Source: Chiloscyllium plagiosum (Eukaryota). Taken from it: a DNA stretch of 64,000 nucleotides. The translations under genes were made by a program, and so were the position numbers. Location of the stretch: contig NC_057718.1 of NCBI RefSeq assembly GCF_004010195.1, positions 102,765,775 to 102,829,774 on the forward strand, in the 5' to 3' direction. The notes below the pieces were generated by a model, which searched no databases, was not told the DNA's origin, and was given only the letters and a program-made list of their open reading frames with translations. Of this stretch, positions 1-11,289 are shown in pieces; the first letter of the stretch is position 1, and the number at the start of each line of letters is the position of its first letter.

Positions 1-97
1 TTCTCCTGTTCCCTGGATGCTGCCTGACCTGCTGCGCTTTTCCAGCAACACATTTCCAGCTCTGATCTCCAGCATCTGCAGACCTCACTTTCTCCTC
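1..97 (+). mobile_element. Penelope-like short element family A, terminal arm (cut by window edge)
   Basis: GGATGCTGCCTGACCTGCTGCGCTTTTCCAGCAACACAT...CAGCATCTGCAGACCTCACTTTCTCC, the same arm found at 4050, 9080, 31860, 33719, 36547, 48211, 58416. Confidence 0.8.
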
Positions 98-384
98 AAA
101 AATTTGAACAAAAACCGACTTGTAAAGTAACTGATGGAAGATCTGCATAATATAGCAATCTGGCAGCTTGTCTGATTAGATACGAGTTTTACTGACAGAT
201 AGATCAAAATCCAGTGAGTGTTTACAGTTCCAAACTCAGCACCCACAGTTCTTTGTTTTATTTTAAAGTGTTTGATGTTCCTTATCTTTGGCCACAGTAC
301 CAGGTAAGATGTGTATCTCACATTGCACAGAAATGCCAGAATGTGTCAATCTGTACAATGTCCATATGATCAAACTGTCAGTGC

Positions 385-500
385 ACCTTAACAGGGTTGC
401 AATTCTCTATCCTACTCTGACCTCTCTTGGCCTGTTCCAACGTAACCCTAGCGAGCAACACCTCATCTTTTGATTAGAAAGTTTACAGTCTTCCAACCTC
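385..500 (+). mobile_element. Degraded Penelope-like endonuclease C-terminal fragment
   Basis: Translates ...SLGLFQ...EQHLIF*LESLQ, similar to VLGLLH...EERLVFRLRTLQPQG in the PLE fragment at 39938-40445. Confidence 0.45.
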
Positions 501-639
501 CCTGTTTTAGGGGAGGTGTCGGTATCTGATAATGTAACTAGACTGGCCATCCAGGGTCGTGGCTTATGCCCTGGGGCCCATAGGTTCATATCTCACCAGT
601 TACATTTGAAATCAGTAAGTCTAGTTGATAAACAGTCAC

Positions 640-1356
640 GTCTGCGTGGGCAGTTTGTGAGTAATCCCAGGACTTGAACATCACAACCTAGTCTGGTGAC
701 AATGTGCTGTTGAGGGAATGCTGCACTGCCAGAGGTGCCATCTCTTCGATGAGATGTCAAGCAGAGACCCGAAATGCCCCCTCAGCTGAACATGAAAAAT
801 CACATAGCGCTATTTTGGCGGCATGCAGGGGACTCCCACGGAATAAACCAAAGAATTGCAGGTGCTGGAAGTCTGAAACAAAACAGAGAAGGCTGAAGAA
901 ACTCAGCAGCACCTGTGGAGAGCAAAATAGAGTTAATGTTTCAAATTCAGTGACCTTTCTTCAAGTTCCCAGCAACCTGGCCAATGTTTATTCCTTAACA
1001 TCACAAAAACGGATTCTCTGTCCATTATCGTACTGCGATTTGTGGAGCACAATGTGCATAAATTGCAGGGCTGTTTCCATTAAGTTGGGGCAGCACTGTA
1101 AAAGTATTTTGAGGCCTGTAGAGCACTTTGAGATATCCGAAATAAAAGAGAGAAAACATTTGAGAAATTGCAACAATGGCAGCATCTATGACAAGAGAAA
1201 CCTGAAGGAAAGTCAGCGACTCTATTTGTCTCTCCACAGATGCTGCTGGACCTGCTGTGTTTCTTAGAAGTTTCCCTTTTAATTTCTGATTTCTAGCCTC
1301 CACAGTAGTTTAGTTTTACTCTGAGGTGCTGGTGCTATATAAATGCAAACCTTTCT
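640..1356 (+). mobile_element. Deu-domain SINE (SacSINE1/AmnSINE1-like) interrupted by two PLE family C pieces (~840-965, ~1140-1320)
   Basis: GAGGGAATGCTGCACTGCCAGAGGTGCCATCT..GATGAGATGT, CCTGGCCAATGTTTATTCC and tail GTGCTATATAAATGCAA occur in Deu-SINE order once the inserts are removed. Confidence 0.7.
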
Positions 1357-1511
1357 TAACACAGAGGATAATCCGATCTGAAGGTAACACCCCTTTGTTT
1401 AAAAGGTACAGGATTTATAAAATATATCAGACACAAAAATTTCTGATCACCACTGTGGCTGATGCTTCTGGAGGGAAAGGATAATGCTTGGGAGATGGGA
1501 AACAGGTCTAC

Positions 1512-1833
1512 AATCCCTACAGTGTGGGAAGAGATTATTCAGCCCATCCAGTCCACACCAACCCTCCGAAGGACATCCCACCCAACCTACCCTATCCCTG
1601 TAACCCTGTGCTTTCCAATGCTAACCCACCTAACCTGCACATCCCTGGATACTATGGGCCAAAATTTAGCATAGCCAATCCACCCTAACCTGCACATCTT
1701 TAAAATATGGGAGGAAACTGGAGCACTTGAAGGAAACCCACACAGACATGTGCAAACAGACAGTCGCCTTGAGGCTGGAATCAAAACTGGGTCCCTGGTT
1801 CTGTGAGGCAGCAGTGCTAGCCACTATGCTGCC
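1512..1833 (-). mobile_element. HE1 SINE
   Basis: Reverse complement has tRNA-like head (GTGGCTAGCACTGCTGCCTCACAG), core AAGATGTGCAGGTTAGG and CR1-type tail CCCACACTGTAGGGATT. Confidence 0.85.
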
Positions 1834-2479
1834 CTGTTTTTTTTAATGCAATTCCTATTTTGGGCTCGTTTTCAAGGATACTTTGATGGGAAGAGTAATC
1901 TGATCTTGCAGTTAGTCTGTGCATAAACTTGGGGAGGCCATTACATACAGAAAAAAGGAGAAACAGGTTGAAATTCCTTCAACAACATATAATTACCTAC
2001 ATAAATACATGAACAAAAATATGACATCGTGTCTCTGTCCAGCTGGCAGCAATTAAAGGCATTTATTCTTATCATCATCTGCAGTTTTTTTTTAATAAAA
2101 GCGATCTTCAGGAGAAGCAAGTATTGAACATTCACATTCCTATGCGCCTTGTCAGCCATGCTCTTAATACTGAACACATGGAGTTGGATTCTGATTTATT
2201 ACCCAGAGAAATCTATTGCCTTGATTTAGAAAGACGACGTAAAGAAAAATGCATGATGGAGAATGGCAAACATAACTGCTTCCGAAGGCCATATCTTACT
2301 GCACAGGAATAGGCTATTCAGCCCATCTGGTCTCAGCCAGTGTTAACGTTCCACACAGGAATTGTGTCACGTGTCAATCTGATGTCATGTCAAAATTTTG
2401 AAATGACTGTGGCCTTAGATACACTACTTGGACTGTCGTGTTCAAAAAGGTGGCTCACCACCACCTCCTGCAGGAATAT

Positions 2480-3138
2480 TAGACGTTGTTAAACTTGAAA
2501 GTTTTCAGAAAAGAGTTGCTAGAATGTTGCCAGGGTTGGAGGATTTGAGCTAGAGGGAGAGGCTGAATAGGACTAGGGCTATTTATCCAGGAGCGTCAGA
2601 GGTTGAGGGGTGAGGTTTATAGGAGGCATATAAAATCGTGAGGGGCTTGGATAGGGTGAATAGCCAAGGTTGTTTACCCCAGGATGGGGAAGTCCAAAAT
2701 TAGAAGGCATAGCTTTGGGGTGAGATGGGAAAGTTTTAAAAGGGACCTAAGGGACAACTTCTTTGCGCAGAGGGTGGTGTGTGTATGGAATGAGCTGCCA
2801 GAGGAAGTGGTGGAGGCTGGTACAATTACAACATTTAAAAGGCATTTGGGGTGGGTATATGAATAGGAAGGGTTTAGAGGGATATGAGCCAAATGCTGAC
2901 AGGTGTGACTAGATTGGATAGGGATATCTGGTCAGCATGGACGGGTTGGACTGAAGGGTCTGTCTCCATGCTGTACATTGGAGGTTTGAAAATTGAGTGT
3001 TAAATCTTATTGAAACAAAGAAGATCTATGACTCTATAAATGGGACTAGATTAATTTAGGATATCTGGTCGGCATGAACGAATTGGACCGAAGGATCTGA
3101 TCCATGCTGTACATTATTCTATGACTCAATGACTCTAT
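2480..3138 (+). mobile_element. CR1 (HER1-like) LINE 3' fragment with a second copy of the 3' tail at ~3040-3138
   Basis: ORF 2684-2866 RDLRDNFFAQRVVCVWNELPEEVVEAGTITTFKRHL is the CR1 ORF2 C-terminus; tail ends in CTATGACT repeats. Confidence 0.9.
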
Positions 3139-3229
3139 ACACTTGAAACAAATGCTAGCTTAGCCAGGGACGCTCCCATCCTGTGAAAGTTTGCCAAGTG
3201 AAAAACAGGCCACATCTCATCCTAATGGA

Positions 3230-3345
3230 AGCACTGCAGATTCTGGAAATGTGAAATAAAAACAGGAAGTGCTGGATACTCAGCAGGCCGGGAAACATCA
3301 GTGGAGATGGAAGAAGAGTTAGCATTTCAGAGCAATGACTTCTCG
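3230..3345 (-). mobile_element. PLE family C arm
   Basis: CTGCAGATTCTGGAAATGTGAAATAAAAACAGGAAGTGCTGGATACTCAGCAGG...AGAGTTAGCATTTC, matches arms at 21830, 49680, 58700. Confidence 0.6.
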
Positions 3346-3747
3346 CTTGACATTTGAGACTGTGGCTGGTCTTTTCCCCTAACCCCAGTATTCTGTCTTG
3401 GCTCCAGAACTTCAAGTTGCTTTCAATCCCCTATGGTGTCATTCAATCTCTGAAAGCTTCCTGTGCATGGGTTTCAACATGTACCCATTTTTCATGGTCA
3501 TCAGAGTGTTCAGCAATCATCTGAAAATTAGCCAAAGTCCTCAGAAACTCTGTGTGACCTCAATATTGGACCACAGCTACAGGACTGGTGTAATTTTCCA
3601 TTTATTATAATTCAAAAGCATGGCAATCTTTTTTAATTGATCATCAGCTTTGCTGAAGCCCAATTTTCCCCGTGACTGGGCAGGGTTAGAAATACACTGC
3701 CAAGGTAAGCAACCAGAGCTCCCTGGGTGACAAAACAAGTAGATAGT

Positions 3748-4002
3748 AAGTTAAAAATCACACAACACCAGGTTACAGTCCAACAGGTTTATTTGGAAGC
3801 ACTAGCTTTCGGAGCGCTGCTTCTTCATCAGGTGGTTGTGGAATATAACACAGAATTTATAATTTTATACTGCATAACCACCTGATGAAAGAGCAGCGCT
3901 CCGAAAGCTAGTGCTTCCAATTAAACCTGTTGGACTATAATCTGGTGTTGTGTGATTTTTAACTTTGTACACCCCAGTCCAACACCGGCACCTTCAAATC
4001 AT
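3748..4002. mobile_element. PLE family B palindromic element, a hammerhead core on each strand
   Basis: Arms ~3748-3840 and ~3874-3965 are inverted repeats; + strand CAC-CTGATGA-A-AGAGC-AGC-GCTCC-GAAA-GCTA-GTG at 3879-3913. Confidence 0.8.
3879..3913 (+). ncRNA. Minimal hammerhead ribozyme motif (family B), predicted cleavage after CUA at 3910
   Basis: CUGAUGA core, stem II AGAGC/GCUCC (one basal mismatch), GAAA, NUH triplet CUA, stem I CAC/GUG. Confidence 0.6.
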
Positions 4003-4049
4003 AACGGTCGGGAGTAAGATGGAGTAGAAAAGGGTGAATATGAAAGCTG

Positions 4050-4260
4050 AAGTGTGTGGTGCTGAAAAAGCACAAGTGGTCAGGCAGCATCTGAGGAGCA
4101 GGAGAATCGATGTTTCGGGCATAAGCCCTTCACCAGGAATCCCTAATGCCCGAAACGTCGATTCTCCTGCTCCTTGGATGCTGCTTGACGGCTGTGCTTT
4201 TCCAGCACCACACTCTTCGACTCTGATCTCCAACATCTGCAGTCCTCACTTTCTCCCTGC
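4050..4260. mobile_element. PLE family A palindromic insertion with 12 bp TSD
   Basis: Inverted arms; ATATGAAAGCTG flanks both sides (4038-4049, 4261-4272). Confidence 0.85.
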
Positions 4261-4614
4261 ATATGAAAGCTGTCATGTTGGTAAACAAGTAAGAACCAGG
4301 CTGATTCTAAACTGTTCTAAATGATTGTTAAAGAGGGCCTGAACAGTCTACACCCGCATGTATTTCTTATGTTGACAAAGTGAAGAGTTACAGTTGCTTA
4401 CTAAACCACTAGATGACAGCAAAGGTTAGTTAATAATTCCCCCTCCCCCTCAAAAAAACCCTCCAGGGTTGGATATCTTTGGCAGTTTGCATTAAATCCA
4501 TAAAAAGCTACTTTGGTCTGTGTTTATGGTTTAACTATGAATAGCAAACAAAGAAAATCATCTCCCATTGTGGCAACAACATTTTATTTGCTATCCTCTT
4601 GTGCACCATAATGT

Positions 4615-5045
4615 ACAACAACAACAATTTGTAATTGTATAGCACCTTTAATATAGTGTCCCGGGATGCTTCACAAGGAGAGTTATCAGACAGAATTTGA
4701 CATTGAGGCATGTAAGGAGCTGTTACGAAGGCAGTTCATTACCACCTTCTCAAGGACAACTAGGGATGGGCAGTAAGTGTTGGCCCAGCCTGCAATACTG
4801 TCATCTCATGAATGAAGTAAACAAAAAAAAAATTAAGTTAGGTTGGTCAAGAGGGTTGGTTTTAGGGAGGACCTTGAAGTAGGAATTGAGGTCGAGAGAG
4901 AATTCCAGTGCTTAAGGCCCAGGCAGCTGATGACACGGCTGCCTCTGGTGGAGCAATGGAAACTGGGGGTTGGACAAGAGGCTGGAACTGAGGAGTACAG
5001 AGATCTCAGTGGGGTGCGTAGATTGGAGGTGGTTACAGAGATGTG
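4615..5045 (-). mobile_element. L2 LINE 3' end with nested tail of the second CR1-group family (~4725-4830)
   Basis: Minus-strand tail AAAGGTGCTATACAATTACAAATTGTTGTT; similar to L2 pieces at 6130-6540 and 15750-16150. Confidence 0.6.
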
Positions 5046-6129
5046 GAGGAAATCTTCACGCAGTGAGAACTCAAAAGGTTTCTACGAACACAAAACCCTG
5101 ATCACACCCACAAAGTCCATTAACTCCTCACGCTGAGTCTTTCATTAGTCACTGCCAAGTTGTTAAAAGATCGAGTTTAGGACAGGTTGTTTTTTTTGGC
5201 AAAATGATTGCATAGCTTCGTCGTTTCGTGCAGCCTGTCACATAATGATGGGAGCACTGACCTCCAGGAAATAGCAGTTTACCTTCCCATGGCTTTTGCA
5301 AAGTAGGACATACCAGTATTATCGACAGGTGCTAGGACGTAAATGCACTAGTAAACTGCTGCCATATGACAAAGGCATTCACAGACAGAGTCTATTTTTG
5401 TAGAGATAGCATCCCATCAGTTCCTATACATACGCTCAAATTTATATGACATTCAATCACACAAATTATAGGCCGGGACCTTACCAAAGTGAGCTCAGGC
5501 CATTGACGGAAGATCGATCTCTAAAGGTACTGGCTAAGGGACTAAATAGCTGGGGAAGAAAATGTTGTAAACCATATTTTTCGGGACTTGGAGGTGCCAG
5601 TATTGGACTGGGGCGTACAAAGTTAAAAATCACACAACACCAGGTTATCGAAATGGGTCTCCTTATCTGTTCTGTGTTGGATTTGTGGTGGATGAATGTG
5701 TTAAAGGACCAGACTTATTTGACAGTGTCAAACAAAATCTCTTTTTGTCCTCTTCTGACCTCCAGCCCAGGTAGCTGTGATCAAAAAACTCTAAATCCTG
5801 AAGGAAAGTTTGTTTCGCAAACATACTTGGTGCATGTACTGGAACCCAGTCAGGCCAGTTTAATCCCTCACTGACAGAGCGATTCTCTCCTTCTTACTTC
5901 ACATGGTATAGACACACACAAACGGATAATGGAGGAATTTGGTAAACATTGAACATAATTTATTAGCTGTTAATTCTGTTCTGAAAAGGGTCATAAGGTT
6001 TTTTTGATTTCTTCCCAAGTTCCTTAGCCACAAATCAAACAGCTGCTCCCACTTGGTGTGCTTTTGAGGAGGAGCAGAGGGAGGGAGGATTGAGGAAATT
6101 GTTCCCCAAATAGAGTTAGTCACGTGTCA

Positions 6130-6540
6130 TTTTTTTTAAAGAAAGGCATTGTACCCAGCAGCAGTGTAGGGGAGGCAGACAGGTTTATGGAGGGACGCCA
6201 GTGCTTAGGGTCCAGGTAACTGAAAGCACAGCCCATGAAAGGCCAGAGAGTCACAGTCATAGAGCACAGAAGTGGCTTTATAGCCCATTGATGGAATCAA
6301 GGAGGGGTCTGGAGGAGAGTAGGAGTCCTGGGTGTTTGTGGAGCTGGAGAAGATTACAGAGGTAGGAAGTGACAAAGCCATGGTGGGAAAACAAGAGTGA
6401 GAAATTTGAAATTGGGGCACTGTCTTATTTGGAAGCCAATGCAGTTCGGGAAATGCTGAGGGTGAATGGGACACAGGGGCGAGTTTGGATAGAGGCAGCA
6501 GAGTTTTGAACAAGTTTGAGTTTACAGAGGGTGAGTCCAG
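6130..6540 (-). mobile_element. L2 LINE ORF2 C-terminal fragment
   Basis: ORF 6205-6513(-) contains PSAFPELHWLP, resembling the L2 motif HITPxLxxLHWLP. Confidence 0.65.
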
Positions 6541-7219
6541 TTAAGGATCTTCACTGCAGGAACTCTAGTTGCTCATCTGTACAGTAGCAAGTACCTGACA
6601 TCACAAGGTAAGCTCCACCCATCAGAATATAAAGGCCTGATCCAGTGTTTATGAGTTTTGGAAGTCTCTCTAAGTTCTTGCTCTGGCGTTAAGTCCTTGT
6701 GACTAACTGTAATATGAACTTATGCTTAAATTGAGACAATTTATCACAAGAGCCTCATGTATCGGAGGTGGAATATAAGGAGCTACTAGGTTCTGCATAC
6801 TAAACCTGTGGTTTTTATAAAGACTGAGGCTTACTTCTGTTAATGAGTTAATATGTTCATCCTTCCCCATTTGATTTCAGTATCTGAGACTAATACCAAG
6901 AAGAAGACTTGGTGGCAGTGTATGTATCCAAGGCATTTAGATTGTTCAGGAGCATATGAGCAGAATATATACTGTGCTGACAGAGGAGCAGATTTAGCCA
7001 TTTATCTTTCTTGACCTTCCAGCCTTTGAGCAGAGCACTTCTGGAACACCTCTGGAGCTGTGCACACAACTCTGTTGGCAGACTCTTGAATCTGTACCTT
7101 CTATTCGGTGTTATGAAGGTCCAAACGTTTGAAGCTTTCATCATCAAGTTGAATTTGCCAAAGTCCTTAGTTTGCATCTAACACTGAGGAGATTGTTGCA
7201 CTGTATATGTCAGCCTCCA

Positions 7220-7702
7220 GTTATAGAGTCATAAAGATATACAGCATGGAAACAAACACTTCAGTCCAACCTCTCCATGCCAACCAGATATCCTATAATA
7301 ATCTAGTCCCATTTGCCAGCATTTGGCACATATCCCTCTATAACCTTCCTATTCATATACTCATCCAGATGCCTTTTAAATGCTGTAATTGTATCAGTCT
7401 CCACCACTTCCTCTGGCAGCTCATTCCATACACGCACCATCCTCTGTGTGAAAAAGTTGCCTCTTAACTCCCTTTTAAATCTTTCCCCTCTCACCCTAAA
7501 CCTATGCCGTCTAGTTCCAGACTCCCCCACCCCAGGGGAAAAGACTTTGTCAATTCACCCTATCCATGCCCCTCGTGATTTTATAAACCTCTATAGTCAC
7601 CCCTCAGCCTCTGACGCTCCAGGGAAAACAGCCCCAGCCTGTTCAGCCTCTCACTATAGCTCAAATCCCCCAACCCTGGCAACATCCTTGTAAATCTTTT
7701 CT
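7220..7702 (-). mobile_element. CR1 (HER1-like) 3' fragment
   Basis: ORFs 7581-7817 (RFTRMLPGLGDLSYSERLNRLGLFSLERQRLRGD) and 7303-7530 (RGNFFTQRMVRVWNELPEEVVE). Confidence 0.92.
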
Positions 7703-8644
7703 TAAGTTTAAAAATCCAGAATTTAGCTCGGCTAATGGTGACTACGCAGTAAACATTTGGTTCACTAATGCCCTTTAGGGAAGGAAATCTGCTATCCCTA
7801 GCTGGCCTGGTGTACATGTGACTCTCGACTCAATGTGGGTGACTGTTAACTACCGTTGTGGCAATTAGAAAGGGGCAGCAAATACCAGAAAGAGAACATA
7901 TTCAAGTAATGTAAGTCAATTGAGGAAGGGCCTAGACTACAGGAAATTGCTATCTGGGAGATTTCTAGCTTATTGGGATGCCATGGAAAGAGTTGCTGTG
8001 GAGGACAGCTGAAGAAATATTCACCAGGCAGCTGCAGAGAAGGCTGTTTTCACTAAAACTGGTTCCTCTTATGTTGCATAGTTTGGTAAAAGACCAGGGC
8101 TGTATAATAAGCATTTGGGATGCATCATTTTATGAATTAATTTGGAAATATTGAAAGCCATTTCAGGAAGATCATGGAGATCAGAAAATGTGCTGGAATT
8201 TTCCTTCCATTAAAATTAATGGGCGGGCATTCCTGTGGGGAGAATTTGGAAAACTTACATGTTGTACGTTTTTGCTGGCAAGGAGAAAGCTGTAGAGGAG
8301 TTATATTCCATATATGTAGTTTCTTGATTGTCAAGTCCCAGAGAAAATTTTTTTTAATGTCTGTTTTTGTCTAAATAAGAATATTTTATTATCATGTTTG
8401 GGAGCCTGGGATTATCTTGTGTGGAGTTTTATTTAAAATTATTAATTCCTGCTGATTATTCAGGGTTTGGAGAAACAGATGGTGAACATTCAGCCCATCT
8501 TGTCCGCTCTTGTTCCTTGACAAATTTTTCCAATTAGTCCCCACTGCTCTGGTCTTTCCCCACTGCTCTGTCATTTGTCTCCCTTTAACTCTTTGTCCAA
8601 TAGTTAAAAGGAGACAAAGTTATTATTGAATCCACTATCTACAG

Positions 8645-8982
8645 TGGCACGGTGGCTCAGTGGTTAGCACTGCTGCCTCATGGTGCTAGATAGCTGGGTT
8701 TGATTCCACCCTCGGGTGACTGGTCTGTGTGGAGTTTGCACATCCTTCCTGTGTCTGTGTGGGTTACCTCTGAGTGCTCTGGTTTCCTCCCACAATCTAA
8801 AGATGTGCAGGTCAAGGTGAGTGTGCCATGCTAACTTGCCCATAGTGTCCAGGGATGTGCAGGTTAGGTGCATTAGTCAGGGCTAAGTATAGGGTAATAG
8901 GTCTGGGTGGGTTACTCTTCAGAGGGTCGGTATGGACTTTTTGGGCTGAAGGGCCTGTTTCCACACTGTAGGGAATCTATGC
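8645..8982 (+). mobile_element. HE1 SINE, full length
   Basis: GGCACGGTGGCTCAGTGGTTAGCACTGCTGCCTCA (A box), GGGTTTGATTCC (B box), tail GGGCCTGTTTCCACACTGTAGGGAATCTATG. Confidence 0.92.
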
Positions 8983-9079
8983 TTCTGCCACCATTCAGAC
9001 AGCATATTCCAGATGATAACAGTTTATTTCTCTCTCACTTTGCATCTAGTTCTTTCATCAGTTTTCTTCAATCCTGATC

Positions 9080-9280
9080 CCAGATGCTGGAGATCAGTGT
9101 TGAAGAGTGTGGTGCTAGAAAAGCACAGCAGGTCAGGCAGTATCCGAGAAGCAGGAGAATCAACACCTAGGTTATATGCCCTTCATTTCTTGCTCCTTGG
9201 ATGCTGCCTGACCTGCTGTGCTTTTCCAGCACCACACTCTCGACTCTGATCTCCAGCATCTGCAGTCCTCACTTTCTCCT
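9080..9280. mobile_element. PLE family A palindromic insertion, centre partly deleted
   Basis: Inverted arms CAGATGCTGGAGATCAG.../...CTGATCTCCAGCATCTG; TGATCCC on both flanks. Confidence 0.8.
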
Positions 9281-9484
9281 AGTTGATCCCTCTGCTCGCT
9301 CACCTTCCTGTCACTGGAAATAACTTATACTGGGCAGGAAGGTGGAGTTGAGGCCAAGATGAGATGAGCCACGATCTGATTAAATGGGGGAGCAGGCTTG
9401 AGGGGCTGAACGGACTCCTCCAGTTCTACCTCCTTTTGTACCCAATCAAAACCTGTCATAATTGCAAATATCTCCATCAAATCT

Positions 9485-9808
9485 TTTTTTTTATTATATT
9501 ACATTATATTACATTTCAGTGTGGAAACAGGCCCTTCGGCCCAACAAGTCCACACCGACCCGCCGAAGCGAAATCCACCCATACCCCTACATTTACCCCT
9601 TACCTAACACTACGGGCAATTTAGCATGGTCAATTCACCTGACCTGCACATCTTTGTGACTGTGGGAGGAAACCGGAGCACCCGGAGGAAACCCACGCAA
9701 ACACGGGGAGAACGTGCAAACTCCACACAGTCGCCTGAGGCGGGAATTGAACCCGGGTCTCTGGCACTGTGAGGTAACAGTGCTAACCACTGTGCCACCG
9801 TGCCGCCC
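9485..9808 (-). mobile_element. HE1 SINE, young CpG-rich subfamily
   Basis: Complete head GGGCGGCACGGTGGCACAGTGGTTAGCA, B box GGTTCAATTCC; near-identical to 57608-57921. Confidence 0.93.
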
Positions 9809-9930
9809 AAGGTGAGCGAGCAGAGGGATCAACTAGGAGAAAGTGAGGACTGCAGATGCTGGAGATCAGAGTCGAGAGTGTGGTGCTGGAAAAGCACAGC
9901 AGGTCAGGCAGCATCCAAGGAGCAAGAAAT
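9809..9930 (-). repeat. Exact 122 bp inverted copy of 9185-9306
   Basis: Base-by-base reverse complement, including 26 bp of non-element flank AGTTGATCCCTCTGCTCGCTCACCTT. Confidence 0.92.
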
Positions 9931-10714
9931 CTTCTTTAGCCTTTTCCGATGTAAGGAGAACTATTCCAGTTTCTCCAGTTTCTTAGACGAACATGGAGAA
10001 GTGGATCAGTAGTAGGCTATTTGGACCCTCAATCCTTCTCTTTCATTCAAATAGATTATCTCTGATTATCTACTTCAACATCACATTCTCACGTTATCTC
10101 CGTATCCCTTCATGCCATTGGTTTCCAGAATTCTATCAATCCCAGCCTCGAATGTACTCAATAATTGATTCCCACCCCAAAGGGGTAGATGGTTCCAAAG
10201 ATTCACCTGCCTCTAAATGAAGAAACGCCTCCTCATCTGGGATCTGAATGGCCAGCCTTGTATCCTGGTTCTATACGCGCCCAGTAGAAGGAAGCATCAG
10301 ATTGACATCAAAACTGTGAGAATTTTGTACGTTTCAATGACATTGTTGCTTATGGGTCTGGAAGGCCCTGAAAGGTTTAATACGTGACTAAGTGCAATAA
10401 GCACGGCCCACTGTGATGATGCCATGAGGACTTGGTGGGACATTAAAGTAGGATCTCTCAGGAGATAGAACTAGAGCTATGACCCCCTCTTTTCCCTGCC
10501 ACAGTCTTTGCAGTAGTGGACAGTCTATTCTTTATAACCCGTGAATAGCTGCAGAGAAGCAATAAACTTCATGTGTTTATGTTGCAAGACTCTTCTTGTT
10601 AGACCTGAGGGTGACTCCACTCACTCACACAAGCCTTAAGGCAACCATACACTTAGATGATATGGATGACAGCATAGGGATTCGATGACCTCATGCAATT
10701 ATTGAAATTTTTTT

Positions 10715-11050
10715 AACCCAGAGAGCCGGGTAATGTTCCCGAGACCTCGGTTCAAATCTGGCTAGAGGGGAATTTGTGGAAATTTGAATTTGAATTAATG
10801 AAAAAAAAATCTGGAATTAAGGGGCTAATGATGACTGTGAAACCATTGTCGATTGTTGGGAAAAACCCATCTGGGTCACTAATATCCTTTAAAGAAGGAA
10901 ATCAGCCATCCTTAATTAGTCTGGTCTACATGTGACTCCTGACTCACAGCAATGTGATTGACTTTAACTGCCCTCTAGGCAATTAGGAATGGGCAATAAA
11001 TGCTGGCTGATCCACTGACACCCCTATCCCATGAACAAATAAAGAAAACA
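10715..11050 (+). mobile_element. tRNA-derived SINE family 2 (tail shared with second CR1-group LINE)
   Basis: GGTTCAAATC B box, body AAAACCCATCTGG..CACTAAT..CTACATGTGACTCC, tail GGCAATTAGGAATGGGCAATAAATGCTGGC. Confidence 0.8.
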
Positions 11051-11289
11051 CACAATAGAAATCACCTCTCGATCTCAAATGTAAAGAATCACTCGTTAAT
11101 GGTTCTCTAGTAAATAGCAATAAATACACAGGTGAGACATCCTGTAACCAGCATAGTGTCATTCGATGCTAACTCGTAGCTGCTTCAATCTCAAATCTTG
11201 ATGAGGCTTCTCCTGAGAAGGAGCATGAATACTAGCATGAATCTGGTGGGGATGAATGGTCTGTATTGAGTTGCTAAAGTATTTCCACT

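Noticed and set aside
704..1267. 187 aa ORF as a gene
   Set aside because: Runs across a Deu-SINE and nested PLE arms; no recognisable domain
8645..8715. tRNA gene
   Set aside because: A/B boxes belong to the HE1 SINE head and continue into SINE body
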